Made by a program: the position numbers and the translations under genes. Shown here piece after piece: positions 34,711 through 45,788 of a stretch of 64,000 nt of DNA. How positions within the stretch are numbered: the stretch's first letter is position 1; every line of letters starts with the position of its first letter. The stretch covers positions 1 to 64,000 of the IMG/VR virus record IMGVR_UViG_3300009108_000751. One strand, 5' to 3'. Below the pieces are notes generated by a model that saw only the letters and a program-made list of their open reading frames with translations, ran no database searches and was not told the origin of the DNA.

Positions 34711-36024
34711 GTGAAAAAGACATTTATTCTTGATACTAACGTTCTTCTCTATGATGCAGAATGTCTGCTGTCCTTTGATGATAATAATATAATCATTCCT
34801 CTAATTGTTTTAGAAGAATTAGATGATCATAAGCGCAGACCTGACGAAGTAGGAAAAAATGCGCGAAAATCAGTTAGGCTTCTCGATAAGTTTAGAGAGA
34901 AAGGATCCTTAAGCGAAGGGATCGAGCTGGATAGCGGCGGAACGCTTACTATCCTGGGAAGCGAACAGATTACATGTCCTTTCCCAGCAGACTTAGATAA
35001 AAGCTCTGTAGATAACGTAATTCTTGCGATGACAAAATGCCTCCAAGATACTCGAGAAGAAAAAGTAATACTTGTAACAAAGGACATAAACGTAAGAGTG
35101 AAATGTGATGCCCTGGGAATCACATGTGAAGATTTCAATAAGCACAAGATAATCGACAAATCAGAAGGGCTTTACACAGGGGTAAGGAGGCTAAGTGCGC
35201 CGCAATCCTTGATTGACAAAGTCTATACAGATCGAGAGATACCTGTCCCTGAAGAAATCATTGGTGAAGAACTTTACGCAAACGAATTCATAGTAATGAA
35301 AGATGAAAGTACCGGTCAGGGCTCAGCAATCGTTCGACATATTAAGAAATCTAATACGCTCAGACTTATTCCAGAAATAAAAAGCTCCTGGGGCTTAATT
35401 CCTAGAAACAAGGAGCAGAAATTTTCATTTGATATACTTTTCGATGACAATATTAAGCTCATTACGTTGGTAGGAAAAGCCGGAACTGGGAAAACGTTGC
35501 TTGCAGCATCTGCAGCACTAGAGCAAGCATTCTCTAAAGACGGTAAGTATAAAAAGGTGGTTATCTCCCGCCCCGTCCAGGCTGTAGGCAAAGATATCGG
35601 ATATCTCCCGGGAGATATCTACGATAAGATGGCACCCTGGATTGCACCAATAAGGGACAATCTCCGGTATCTTTTCGGAGACGATAAAGACACGCTGGAC
35701 ATGTACATTGAAAGCGGAAAGATAGAGATTGAAGCCATAACTTACATCAGAGGAAGATCGATCTCCGACGCGATTATAATAATTGATGAAGCACAAAATC
35801 TAACAACTCATGAGCTTAAGACAATCATCACCCGGGTAGGTGAAAACACAAAGATAATATTGACAGGTGATGTTGATCAAATCGATAATACATACCTGGA
35901 TGCCACATCAAACGGCTTAAGTTACACGGTGGAAAAATTTAAAGAATATGATATTTCTGCACATGTAACGCTCTTAAAGGGTGAAAGATCAGAGCTGGCA
36001 AGCTTAGGCGCTGAAATCCTATAA
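34711..36024 (+). CDS. phoH: PIN-PhoH (PhoH2/YlaK-type) ATPase
   Basis: FILDTNVLL, VLEELD, TKDIN; GKAGTGKT, RGRS, IIDEAQN, GDVDQID. Confidence 0.92.
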   Translation: MKKTFILDTNVLLYDAECLLSFDDNNIIIPLIVLEELDDHKRRPDEVGKNARKSVRLLDKFREKGSLSEGIELDSGGTLTILGSEQITCPFPADLDKSSVDNVILAMTKCLQDTREEKVILVTKDINVRVKCDALGITCEDFNKHKIIDKSEGLYTGVRRLSAPQSLIDKVYTDREIPVPEEIIGEELYANEFIVMKDESTGQGSAIVRHIKKSNTLRLIPEIKSSWGLIPRNKEQKFSFDILFDDNIKLITLVGKAGTGKTLLAASAALEQAFSKDGKYKKVVISRPVQAVGKDIGYLPGDIYDKMAPWIAPIRDNLRYLFGDDKDTLDMYIESGKIEIEAITYIRGRSISDAIIIIDEAQNLTTHELKTIITRVGENTKIILTGDVDQIDNTYLDATSNGLSYTVEKFKEYDISAHVTLLKGERSELASLGAEIL

Positions 36025-36045
36025 TTTAATCTCCTGCACGTTATA

Positions 36046-37998
36046 ATGAATAAAACGACCAGGAGTGTACAGTCTGCTATGTTCAATACCAGCCTTTTTG
36101 ATACAAAACCCCAGATAAAAATCCCCGCTGAAGCTAAAGTAGTTTTTGTTTCAGATATGTTTGTTGAAGATTACGTTGGAGGTGCGGAACTTACTTCCGA
36201 AGCTTTAATCCAATCATCTCCCTTTACTGTCTATAAGCTTCACTCCAAAGACGTGAATTTGGATACTCTTTCCCAGGGTCACGACAAGTTCTGGATATTT
36301 GGTAACTTCTCGGCGATGGACTACAAGCTGATCCCGTCTATTGTTGCTAATATGAGATATGCGATCTTAGAATATGATTATAAGTTCTGCAGGTATCGAT
36401 CACCCGAAAAGCACCTGGAAATAGAAGGAAATAAATGCGACTGTCATGAGCACATTCATGGAAAAATAGTCTCTGCATTGTTTGAGGGTGCAAAATCTAT
36501 ATGGTGGATGTCTGAAAAGCAGATGGAAATCCAGCATTCTCGATTTCCCTTTCTGTCTAAGAAGCCAAACACAGTATTATCGTCAGTTTTTGATGAGGAT
36601 TTTTTCTTAACTGCAAAAGCCTTGCGCACTAAGCACAAAGATAAAAAAAGCAATAACTGGATTGTTATGGGATCTGCTTCTTGGATAAAAGGAGTAGATG
36701 ATGCAAAAAAATATTGTGAAGATAACAATTTAGAATATGAGGTTGTCTGGAACCTTCCTTATGAAGAGTGTTTAGATAAGTTAGCTAGCAGTAAAGGCCT
36801 GGTATTTCTCCCCAAGGGGGCTGATACATGTCCCCGACTTGTAATCGAGGCAAAGATTTTGGGTTGCGAACTAGTCTTGAATGACAATGTTCAACATAAA
36901 GATGAGGAATGGTTTTCAACTGATGATATGATCGATACTGAGTCATATCTTTACGCTGCAAGAGATAGATTCTGGAATGGGATTAAGAGCGATATGGAGT
37001 TTAAAACAACAATAAGCGGTTACACTACAACTAAGGATTGCATCGAGCAAAATTATCCCTGGAAAGAATGCATTACATCTATGTTGGGTTTTTGTAATGA
37101 AGTAGTAGTAGTTGATGGAGGATCCAAGGATGGGACTTGGGAAGAGCTGAAATCCTGGTCTGAAAAGGAAGAAAAGCTTGTAATTCATCAAGAAGTTAGA
37201 GATTGGAATCATGAGCGGTTCGCCGTATTTGACGGACTCCAGAAGGCTCTTGCAAGATCTCTTTGCACAGGCGAATACTGCTGGCAAATGGACTGTGATG
37301 AAGTTGTTCATGAAAATGATTATGAAAAGATAATCGGGTTATGTAGAAACTTTCCTCACAATATTGATCTTATAGCAATGCCTGTTATAGAGTTTTGGGG
37401 AGGTCCTGAGAAGGTCCGTGCCGATATTTTTCCCTGGAAGTGGAGAGTAAGTAGGAATAAACCTCACATTACTCACGGAATTCCAGCAAATTTAAGAAAG
37501 TTCGATGAGAACGGACATGTATATTCAGCACCAGGCTCGGACGGATGTGACTACATTAGGTCTGATAGTTTCCAGATTGTCCCGTGTGGAAATTTCTATA
37601 CACAGGATGTGGATAATGTTAGACAGCAAGTTAACGTAAACTACCAAGCAAAAGAAGCATACCAGAATTGGTTCAACCAGGTTCTCGATGCTTTCCCATG
37701 CGTTTACCACTTTTCATGGTGGGATCTTGAGCGAAAAATTAGAACATACCGAGATTACTGGGGGAAACACTGGAAGTCACTTTATAACGAGGGGAAAGAA
37801 GATACTTCTGAGAATAATATGATGTTTGACACCCCGTGGAGTGAAGTAACAGAAGAAATGATCGTGGAAAGAGCTGCCTTAATGAAAGAAAAGTTAGGTG
37901 GCTGGGTATGGCACACCAAGTGGAATGGTGAGGATGAAACTACGCACATTGAATGCAGCAAGGACCTTCCGGAAGTGATCAAAAAATGGATCAACTAA
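36046..37998 (+). CDS. fused GT-B (GT4-like) plus GT-A (GT2-like) glycosyltransferase
   Basis: KGADTCPRLVIEAK (GT-B); VVVDGGSKDG, WQMDCDE (GT-A). Confidence 0.75.
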   Translation: MNKTTRSVQSAMFNTSLFDTKPQIKIPAEAKVVFVSDMFVEDYVGGAELTSEALIQSSPFTVYKLHSKDVNLDTLSQGHDKFWIFGNFSAMDYKLIPSIVANMRYAILEYDYKFCRYRSPEKHLEIEGNKCDCHEHIHGKIVSALFEGAKSIWWMSEKQMEIQHSRFPFLSKKPNTVLSSVFDEDFFLTAKALRTKHKDKKSNNWIVMGSASWIKGVDDAKKYCEDNNLEYEVVWNLPYEECLDKLASSKGLVFLPKGADTCPRLVIEAKILGCELVLNDNVQHKDEEWFSTDDMIDTESYLYAARDRFWNGIKSDMEFKTTISGYTTTKDCIEQNYPWKECITSMLGFCNEVVVVDGGSKDGTWEELKSWSEKEEKLVIHQEVRDWNHERFAVFDGLQKALARSLCTGEYCWQMDCDEVVHENDYEKIIGLCRNFPHNIDLIAMPVIEFWGGPEKVRADIFPWKWRVSRNKPHITHGIPANLRKFDENGHVYSAPGSDGCDYIRSDSFQIVPCGNFYTQDVDNVRQQVNVNYQAKEAYQNWFNQVLDAFPCVYHFSWWDLERKIRTYRDYWGKHWKSLYNEGKEDTSENNMMFDTPWSEVTEEMIVERAALMKEKLGGWVWHTKWNGEDETTHIECSKDLPEVIKKWIN

Positions 37999-38705
37999 AA
38001 GTAGTATTTATTGTTCCTTCTTACAATATTTCTACTAATATTTCCAAGCTATTAGGATCTCTAACTGAGCAGGAAAATAAAAACTGGGAGTGCATCATAA
38101 TAGATGATATCTCAACAGATGATACTTGGGAAAGTCTAAAAAAACATACAAATAATGACGATAGAGTCTCAGTCATAAAAAACGAAGAGAAAAAATACGC
38201 TCTTCGAAATATTGTAGACCACGCCCGAAAACTACAATTTGATGAAAATATTATTATTGCTGTAGTTGATGGCGATGACTCTCTTTGTAACCCTAAAACA
38301 GTTGATATCCTTCTAAATGAGTACGAAAAAGGTAGTCAAGTAGTTTGGACAGCACATCGTTGGGACACAAACGGAATGAACATCTCAGGACCAATCCCGC
38401 ATCACATTAATCCCTACTTTTGGCCCTGGAGATCATCTCATTTAAGAACATTCAAGGCGTCGCTACTGAGCAAGATAAGTGATAGAAACTTTAAAAACAT
38501 AAGAGGTGAGTGGTTTAAGAGAGGATATGATCAAGCACTTATGCTACCCTTGATGTACGTAGCAGATTTGTTTACTTACGTTCCTGAAGTCTGCTACCTC
38601 TACAATATAGACTCTTCGTCAATTCCCTCGGAAGAACGTAATTGGTGTGAAAGAGACCAGATATCAACAATCAATTTTGTTCGGGCAAGAGGGTTTGTTA
38701 AATGA
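37986..38705 (+). CDS. GT2 family glycosyltransferase
   Basis: IVPSYN, IIDDISTD, VVDGDD, YDQAL. Confidence 0.8.
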   Translation: MDQLKVVFIVPSYNISTNISKLLGSLTEQENKNWECIIIDDISTDDTWESLKKHTNNDDRVSVIKNEEKKYALRNIVDHARKLQFDENIIIAVVDGDDSLCNPKTVDILLNEYEKGSQVVWTAHRWDTNGMNISGPIPHHINPYFWPWRSSHLRTFKASLLSKISDRNFKNIRGEWFKRGYDQALMLPLMYVADLFTYVPEVCYLYNIDSSSIPSEERNWCERDQISTINFVRARGFVK

Positions 38706-39595
38706 GATTTCTATTCGATAACATAGATTTCAATTCTAATTCTGGCCCAAATAGCTTTGGAAGAAAGCTAGCACTCTCGCTAATAAAAAGAGGGCACACC
38801 ATCAATAGTACAGATGAGGTAGACGTCCAGCTATCATTTATTCAGGCAACACAAAAAGTTGCACCACTAATCCAGAGATTGGACGGAATATACTTCAACT
38901 CCGACCAAGACTGGAAAAAACTAAATGATCCTATCAAGAAAACATACGATGCTGCTGATGGTGTAGTCTATCAATCTAATTTTAATAAGATGCTGACTGA
39001 GAAATATTTCGGACTAAAAGAAGTGAGCACAGTTATTCACAATGGTACAGATCTTAATGCTATAGAGGCGATAGAGCCGCTAAAAAATGCTACTATTGAT
39101 AATTTTGAGAATGTGTGGTGCTGCGCTTCTTCTTGGCGCCCTCATAAAAGATTAACTGAAAATATTAGATATTTTCGAGAGCATTCGTCTGAGAATGACT
39201 GTCTAGTAATAGCCGGAGATAATGCAGATCTTGAAATTAATCATGACAGGATTTTCTTTTGTGGAAATCTGCAATGGGACCAGCTTATCTCTCTCTATAA
39301 AAGATCAAGATACTTCCTTCACTTAGCACTAATGGATCACTGTCCAAATGTAGTTATTGATGCTCGAGCATCTGGGTGCCACATTATTTGTGCAAGTTCT
39401 GGGGGAACTAGTGAGATAGCAGGATTAGATTCCACGATAGTTCAAGACATGACGTGGGATTACTCACCATTTAAGCTTTACTCACCCCCTGCTTTGGATT
39501 TTACTAAAACCGTGACCGGAAACATAGAATCAAATTTAGATGTAAATTATTGTGCAGATCAATATATTCAATTTGCGGAGACTCTAGTTTTATGA
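38702..39595 (+). CDS. GT4 family glycosyltransferase
   Basis: SGPNSF, VIHNG, DHCPNVVIDARASG. Confidence 0.8.
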   Translation: MRFLFDNIDFNSNSGPNSFGRKLALSLIKRGHTINSTDEVDVQLSFIQATQKVAPLIQRLDGIYFNSDQDWKKLNDPIKKTYDAADGVVYQSNFNKMLTEKYFGLKEVSTVIHNGTDLNAIEAIEPLKNATIDNFENVWCCASSWRPHKRLTENIRYFREHSSENDCLVIAGDNADLEINHDRIFFCGNLQWDQLISLYKRSRYFLHLALMDHCPNVVIDARASGCHIICASSGGTSEIAGLDSTIVQDMTWDYSPFKLYSPPALDFTKTVTGNIESNLDVNYCADQYIQFAETLVL

Positions 39596-40509
39596 AGATT
39601 TTTGTATTGGCACCAAGAGAAAATTGGATTTGTGATCGAATAGCTGATGAGTGGAAGAGGAATACTAGAGATATTTCTACCGACAACATAGAAGAAGCAG
39701 ATGTTATCTGGTTGCTTGCAGGCTGGTGCTGGAACCACATACCTCAGCAATTGCTGGCTACCAAGAAGGTAGTTTTGACTGTGCACCACATCGTCCCTGA
39801 AAAATTTAGCGAGCAAAAACAGCAAGAATTCGCTTTTAGAGACCAGTTTATTGATGCTTATCATGTTCCTAATCGAAAGACAGCAGATCTGGTAAGTCAA
39901 ATGACGAGCAAACCTATTTTTATTGCTTGTTATTGGTATGATCCAGAATCCTGGAAAGAGATGCCTCGAGAAGAATGCAAGAAGTCTCTTGGTCTACCTG
40001 AGGAAAAGTTCATCGTAGGGTCTTTTCAACGGGATACTGAGGGTGGAACTCGGAGCCCTAAGCTGGAAAAAGGTCCTGATCTTTTCTGTGATTATTTATC
40101 CATTTTAAAAAATGAGAAAGATATTCATGTTCTCCTCGGAGGATGGAGAAGGGAATACGTTATTGATCGGTTAGAGGCAGAAAAAATACCCTATACTTTT
40201 ATTGAGAAAGCATCTTTAGAAATGCTAGGGACCATGTATAATGCATGTGATCTTTATGTTGTAGGGTCTCGCTATGAAGGAGGCCCCCAAGCTATTCTTG
40301 AAGCAGCGTCAACTAAAACCCCTATAATTTCACGAGATGTTGGAATTGCAATTGATGTTCTTGATCCCTACTGTATTGTGGATATTCCCTGCCAGTCTTG
40401 GATCCCCCACCAAGAAAGTGTTGAGAGAAATTATAAAAATGTTCAAAAATTCAATATTATGAATCACAAGAACAACTATCTGCAAATGTTTGAGAGAATT
40501 AATAAATGA
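39592..40509 (+). CDS. GT4 family glycosyltransferase
   Basis: KLEKGPD, SRYEGGPQAILEA, ISRDVG. Confidence 0.8.
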   Translation: MKIFVLAPRENWICDRIADEWKRNTRDISTDNIEEADVIWLLAGWCWNHIPQQLLATKKVVLTVHHIVPEKFSEQKQQEFAFRDQFIDAYHVPNRKTADLVSQMTSKPIFIACYWYDPESWKEMPREECKKSLGLPEEKFIVGSFQRDTEGGTRSPKLEKGPDLFCDYLSILKNEKDIHVLLGGWRREYVIDRLEAEKIPYTFIEKASLEMLGTMYNACDLYVVGSRYEGGPQAILEAASTKTPIISRDVGIAIDVLDPYCIVDIPCQSWIPHQESVERNYKNVQKFNIMNHKNNYLQMFERINK

Positions 40510-41477
40510 ACAAGCGCGCACTAATTACCGGAATTAACGGGATGGATGGAAGTCATTTAGCGGATCTTTTGCTCGATAAGGGTTATGAAGTTTTCGGCAT
40601 GGAGAGAAGGTCTTCATCTAAAAACAGGTCAAATACCCAGCATCTTGAAGGAAATATTTCCTTTGTAAACGGTGACCTGACTGATCAAAATTCCCTTATG
40701 AGGGTTTTAAAAGATTGCAAACCTAACGAAATCTATAACCTAGGAGCCCAGTCTTTTGTGGGTGAAAGCTGGAATACACCTGAGCATACATCAAATGTAA
40801 CAGGACTGGGTGTCCTACGAATGCTCGAGGCAATTAGGGAAACTGACAAGAATATTAAATTCTACCAGGCCAGCAGTTCAGAGATGTTCGGCAGAATGGT
40901 AGAGAATCCAGCGAGGGAAACTACGCCTTTTTATCCTCGAAGTCCTTACGGGGTTTCCAAGCTTTATGGACACTGGATCACTAAGAATTATCGAGAATCA
41001 TATGAGATGTTTGCATGCTCTGGCATTCTGTTCAACCACGAGTCAGAGCGCCGCGGCCATGAATTCGTAACTAGAAAGATATCAGATGGCGTTGCAAAGA
41101 TTCACCTAGGCCTAGCTGATCATATTTCTCTCGGTACTCTTGATTCTAAGCGTGACTGGGGATACGCTCCTGACTATGTAGCAGCAATGTGGTTAATGAT
41201 GCAGCAAGACAACCCAGAGGACTTTGTTATCTCCACTGGAGAGACCCACTCTATAAGAGAATTTTTAGATGTAGCATTTTCTTGTATCGGTATTACCGAC
41301 TGGAAAGATTATATTAAGCAGGATCCAAGGTTTATGCGACCTGCAGAAGTCGACGTGCTTAGAGGGGATTCTTCTCAGGCATTGAGTAAATTAGGGTGGA
41401 AGCCTAAAACAACATTTAAGGAGCTTGTGGAAAAAATGGTACGTCATGACATTAAGCTCTTAGGGGGTTCCTCATGA
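40506..41477 (+). CDS. gmd: GDP-mannose 4,6-dehydratase
   Basis: ALITGINGMDGSHLA, YNLGAQSFV, YQASSSEMFG, PRSPYGVSK, LFNHESERRG, RDWG. Confidence 0.95.
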   Translation: MNKRALITGINGMDGSHLADLLLDKGYEVFGMERRSSSKNRSNTQHLEGNISFVNGDLTDQNSLMRVLKDCKPNEIYNLGAQSFVGESWNTPEHTSNVTGLGVLRMLEAIRETDKNIKFYQASSSEMFGRMVENPARETTPFYPRSPYGVSKLYGHWITKNYRESYEMFACSGILFNHESERRGHEFVTRKISDGVAKIHLGLADHISLGTLDSKRDWGYAPDYVAAMWLMMQQDNPEDFVISTGETHSIREFLDVAFSCIGITDWKDYIKQDPRFMRPAEVDVLRGDSSQALSKLGWKPKTTFKELVEKMVRHDIKLLGGSS

Positions 41478-42256
41478 GCCAGAGCCATATCATAGACTTT
41501 TCTAAACTCACAACAGGGGCGCAAGAATTGACTATTCCAGAAAGAACTGGAAACATAAAAAAAGTGATGATTCATGAAAAACTTAAGTCTCTTGGATTGT
41601 CTGTAGAAGATTTAAGACTCGGAGATTTTGATCAGATAGGTGAATTGACTGCTAAGAAAAAGAGGGATCCAGGTTCTGAACTTTACAAATCAGTTGGAGC
41701 ATTTTTTAGACCTAACTATGAACGCGGGATTTTAATTTATTCTCTCATTAAGCACTACAATATCAAGTCTTTTCTGGAGATAGGTTTTGGAAGAGGATAT
41801 GGGACTATGTGTGCCGCCTTAGCCATGTCCGAAAACGGAGGAGGAAAGATAACATCTATCGACCCAAATTTTGACCAAGACTTTCTGAATCAATTATCGA
41901 ATGTCTTTCCCCAAGAGTGGTTCCAAATGATGCAGTTCATTCAGGGTAAATCACAAGATTATCTTCCTACTACTGAAGAAAAATTTGATTTCATCTATAT
42001 TGATGGAGACCACACTTATGCTGCAACAAAAAGAGACTGGGAGCTTTGCAAAGATCGATATAATAAGCTTCTCCTCTTTGATGACTACCATCTTCCTGGG
42101 AAAGTTCAAAAAGACATTGAGTGCTCAAATCTTATTGATCAAATTGAGGATGATTCTAAAGAGTTGATCATCCAGGATAGAAGAATATTCCTCGATGACA
42201 GGGGATATACAGATGATCAAATTGATTATGGGCAGGTTCTTTTAACTAAGACATAA
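41474..42256 (+). CDS. class I SAM methyltransferase (Methyltransf_24-like)
   Basis: FLEIGFGRG, FDFIYIDGDHTY, LFDDY. Confidence 0.8.
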   Translation: MSQSHIIDFSKLTTGAQELTIPERTGNIKKVMIHEKLKSLGLSVEDLRLGDFDQIGELTAKKKRDPGSELYKSVGAFFRPNYERGILIYSLIKHYNIKSFLEIGFGRGYGTMCAALAMSENGGGKITSIDPNFDQDFLNQLSNVFPQEWFQMMQFIQGKSQDYLPTTEEKFDFIYIDGDHTYAATKRDWELCKDRYNKLLLFDDYHLPGKVQKDIECSNLIDQIEDDSKELIIQDRRIFLDDRGYTDDQIDYGQVLLTKT

Positions 42257-42257
42257 G

Positions 42258-43154
42258 ATGAAGATACTGATCAATCGCAAACCAGTAATTGGACCGTGGG
42301 GAGGGGGCAACTTATTCGTATCCTCTTTTTGCGATTATATGAAAAGAAAAGGTCATTCAATCGTACACCAGCTTGATGAAGACATTGACATTATTTTCAT
42401 GCAAGATCCTCGTTATAGCGATCTAGGAATTTCAGTTAATGAAATATCTGCATTTAAGAATGACCACCCAGGTGTACGAGTAGTTCATCGAGTAAATGAG
42501 TGTGATGCCCGAAAGGGAACTAATGACATGGATCAAATTTTAAGGGCTTGTAGCACTATCACAGATCATACTATTTTTGTATCTAATTGGATGAAAGATT
42601 ACCATCAAGCAAAAGGCTGGAAATGCCCTAAAAACTCTGTGGTCTACAATGGTGTCAATACAGCACACTTTAGGCCTGTCGAAAAACTTAAGAACAACAA
42701 GATAAATTTAGTTACACACCACTGGTCTGATAACCCGCTTAAAGGTGCTGATATTTATGATGCAATCGATACATGGGTGGGCGAAAATGATGAATACACG
42801 TTCACGTACATTGGGAGATATTCTAGGCCTCTCAAGAATACCAAGCTAATTCCACCCTTGTCAGGAAAGGATCTGGGGGATGAGCTAGGAAGATATGATA
42901 TCTACATTAGTGGATCTAGGTTTGATCCTGGGCCAAACCATATCATTGAAAGTATTGCCGCAGGACTTCCTACAATTGTTCATGCCAGTGGTGGAGGAGC
43001 TGTGGAGTTCGCAGGTGAAGATTATTCCTTTTCTAGTTTTAGTGATATGATTAAGCTAATTCAGGCAGTTCCTAACAAAGATCACCCTTTAGTTCCTCAG
43101 GATTGGGATACATGCATGGAAAATGTCTTGAAAATTATAGAGGAGAAAACATGA
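42258..43154 (+). CDS. GT4 family glycosyltransferase
   Basis: GPWGGGNLF, VYNGV, SRFDPGPNHIIESIAAGLP. Confidence 0.8.
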   Translation: MKILINRKPVIGPWGGGNLFVSSFCDYMKRKGHSIVHQLDEDIDIIFMQDPRYSDLGISVNEISAFKNDHPGVRVVHRVNECDARKGTNDMDQILRACSTITDHTIFVSNWMKDYHQAKGWKCPKNSVVYNGVNTAHFRPVEKLKNNKINLVTHHWSDNPLKGADIYDAIDTWVGENDEYTFTYIGRYSRPLKNTKLIPPLSGKDLGDELGRYDIYISGSRFDPGPNHIIESIAAGLPTIVHASGGGAVEFAGEDYSFSSFSDMIKLIQAVPNKDHPLVPQDWDTCMENVLKIIEEKT

Positions 43155-43609
43155 TCCTTATTTCGCATCGAGGAAATCTTTTGGGGCCCGACGCTAATAC
43201 TGAAAATAATCCATCTCAAGTAAGTAAAGTATTAGACATGGGATTCGAAGCAGAGATTGATGTCTGGAATATCAATGGAAATTGGTTTCTGGGGCATGAT
43301 AATCCGCAGTATCCTATTGACCCTATTTTTCTTAGAAATACTGCTCTTTGGTGTCATGCCAAAAATCTTGAAGCCCTGGATTTAATGACCAGAATGGGTG
43401 TCCACTGTTTTTGGCATCAAACTGACGACTATACACTTACATCAAGCGGATTCCTTTGGACGTACCCAGGAAAGCCTTACACATCACGATCTATTGCAGT
43501 TAATCCTGAGAAAATCACAGATAATGTAAGGTTGTGCTATGGCGTTTGCAGTGATTGGGTATTGAAATTTAGAGAGGAGTTGCAGAATGATCAAATGCGT
43601 ATTGTTTGA
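43151..43609 (+). CDS. GDPD/PLC-like phosphodiesterase-fold protein
   Basis: ISHRGN, ENN, EIDVW, LGHD, WCHAKN, FWHQ.D. Confidence 0.7.
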   Translation: MILISHRGNLLGPDANTENNPSQVSKVLDMGFEAEIDVWNINGNWFLGHDNPQYPIDPIFLRNTALWCHAKNLEALDLMTRMGVHCFWHQTDDYTLTSSGFLWTYPGKPYTSRSIAVNPEKITDNVRLCYGVCSDWVLKFREELQNDQMRIV

Positions 43610-44219
43610 TTTAGATGGCGTTCTAGTAGACGCTTGCGAGTGGCACTACGAAGCCTTGAATTTAGCTCTTCAAGAAGTTGCAGGCATAGAGATAGGAAGA
43701 GATGAGCACGAGTCTACCTTTAATGGTCTTCCTACTAGGACCAAGCTTAACATGCTAACAGAGCAAGGAAGGTTAAGCTCTAGTGATCACGATGCAGTGT
43801 GGAATAAAAAGCAAGATGTCACAGAAGATGTCATTAAGGGAAAATCTCTTGAAAGGGGTGGCCCAGACGAATCTAAAGTGGAGCTTATTTCGATGCTCAA
43901 GGCAGAAAATATAAAAATGGGATGTGTTACAAATAGCATCAAGAGGTCAGCTATTCTTATGCTGGACTCAACAGGGCAACTTGGCACCGGTCTTGAAATA
44001 ATAGTGACTAATGAGGATGTAGAAAATCCCAAACCTGACCCCGAGGGATATCTCAAGGCAATGACTCATTTTGGCTTTGAGGCTGAAGAATTTCTAATCG
44101 TAGAAGATTCAGATAAAGGTTATCAGGCTGCCTCGGCATCGGGCGCCCATATCATGAGAGTTGCAAATGCAACAGAAGTAACTTTTGAAGCAGTCAAAGC
44201 CCACATAGAAAGCTTATAA
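43587..44219 (+). CDS. HAD-superfamily phosphatase
   Basis: FDLDGVL, VTNS, KPDPEGY, IVEDS. Confidence 0.88.
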   Translation: MIKCVLFDLDGVLVDACEWHYEALNLALQEVAGIEIGRDEHESTFNGLPTRTKLNMLTEQGRLSSSDHDAVWNKKQDVTEDVIKGKSLERGGPDESKVELISMLKAENIKMGCVTNSIKRSAILMLDSTGQLGTGLEIIVTNEDVENPKPDPEGYLKAMTHFGFEAEEFLIVEDSDKGYQAASASGAHIMRVANATEVTFEAVKAHIESL

Positions 44220-44220
44220 A

Positions 44221-44937
44221 ATGAAGATATTGATTCCAATGGCGGGAGAGGGATCTCGCTTTAAAAAAGAGGGATATACGTTTCCCAAACCCTTGATTGA
44301 TGTCAATGGCAAGCCGATGATTCAGTGCGTCGTAGAAAACCTAGACTTTGATGCAGAATACATTTTCCTGGTTAGAAAAGAGCACCTTGAAAAGTATGAG
44401 ATAGCTTCTTTGCTGGATGTCATTACAAATGGAAGAAGCACTGTTGTCATAGTAGATGAGCTTACAGAAGGTGCCGCCTGCACTGCGCTGTTAGCTGAGA
44501 AGTACATTGATAGTGATGAGGAGCTCTTAATAGCCAACTCTGATCAAGTGATTGAGTATAGCAAAGAAAACTTCAACACACTTAGAAGATTCGCATCTAT
44601 ACACGCGATGGTTTATACTTTCAATGCAGTCCATCCAAAGTGGAGTTTTGTCAAGGTCAATTCAAGAGGAGTTGCTACAGAAGTTGCTGAGAAGAATCCT
44701 ATTTCCGACATCGCAACATGTGGCATCTACTACTACAAGAAAGGTTCTGACTTTGTTCGCTATGCCAAACAAATGATTGAGAAGGATATTCGTGTCAACA
44801 ATGAATTCTACATATGCCCAGTATACAACGAACTCATTCAGGATAACAAGACTTTAATCCCTTACTTTGTCCATAAGATGCACGGGCTAGGGACGCCCGA
44901 AGACCTTAATAAGTACTTGTCCGGAAATGGAACCTAA
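44221..44937 (+). CDS. sugar-phosphate nucleotidyltransferase (NTP_transferase)
   Basis: IPMAGEGSRF...PKPLI, GAACT, IANSDQ, EFYICPVYN, GTPEDL. Confidence 0.85.
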   Translation: MKILIPMAGEGSRFKKEGYTFPKPLIDVNGKPMIQCVVENLDFDAEYIFLVRKEHLEKYEIASLLDVITNGRSTVVIVDELTEGAACTALLAEKYIDSDEELLIANSDQVIEYSKENFNTLRRFASIHAMVYTFNAVHPKWSFVKVNSRGVATEVAEKNPISDIATCGIYYYKKGSDFVRYAKQMIEKDIRVNNEFYICPVYNELIQDNKTLIPYFVHKMHGLGTPEDLNKYLSGNGT

Positions 44938-45772
44938 GATTATGAAAAAGTCTTGTACGATCTTACTCCAGAGAAACTTACCTGAAGTCACAAACAAGTT
45001 CGCTGAAAATCTCATGAAATACAATTCAGATCTAACAGACTTCTACGTTGTAGAAAGCGGCTCTGACGATGATAAACTAACTAGTCATAAGACATTTCAT
45101 GCCAATTGGGAAGATGCAAGGATCAATGGCTTGAGGACAGGACGAGGTTTTAACTATGCCTTGAAAGAGCTTTTAGATCGAGGCCTAAATTATGACTATG
45201 TGATGATGGCAACAGGCGATGCTGAAATAGCCGAAGAGCCCGTGATCGATATCTTGATAAAAGAATTCGAAGAAAATCCAAGATTAGGCATCCTGTCTCC
45301 GATAACATGGAACTGGGGTGAAAGAGTTACTAAATTTAAAAACCAAAAAGCGACCAAAGCAATGAGCATTCCCATACCTCACATATGCTGGATGTTTCGG
45401 AGAGAGTGCATCGAAGACCTAATAGATGGAAGAGAGCCCTCTGTATACGAGGAGTTTCTGTACGATGGCACCAACTTCAGGTGTTATGCTGCAGATACAG
45501 AGCTCAAGATGCGTGCCTACGCTAAAGACTGGGCTTTTGGAATTACATCAAAAACTTCTCACAAAGAAGACTATGATCTTACAGACCAAAACTATGTTGC
45601 CATGAAAACTGACTCCCACAATAAGCACAGAGAGCTAATGTGGAAGGAAGGCTTGGAGTGGATGAAGAGAAAGTATGGATTTGATGATAAGTACGGGCTC
45701 ATGAATTTGCTTCGCAAAGAATACGATGGTTTTTTTAATAGAAATCCTGACATGTTAAAATTGAAATATTGA
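44927..45772 (+). CDS. GT-A fold glycosyltransferase-like protein
   Basis: VVESGSD, GFNYAL, MATGDAE, GILSP. Confidence 0.55.
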   Translation: MEPKIMKKSCTILLQRNLPEVTNKFAENLMKYNSDLTDFYVVESGSDDDKLTSHKTFHANWEDARINGLRTGRGFNYALKELLDRGLNYDYVMMATGDAEIAEEPVIDILIKEFEENPRLGILSPITWNWGERVTKFKNQKATKAMSIPIPHICWMFRRECIEDLIDGREPSVYEEFLYDGTNFRCYAADTELKMRAYAKDWAFGITSKTSHKEDYDLTDQNYVAMKTDSHNKHRELMWKEGLEWMKRKYGFDDKYGLMNLLRKEYDGFFNRNPDMLKLKY

Positions 45773-45788
45773 ATAAAGAGGAAGAAAT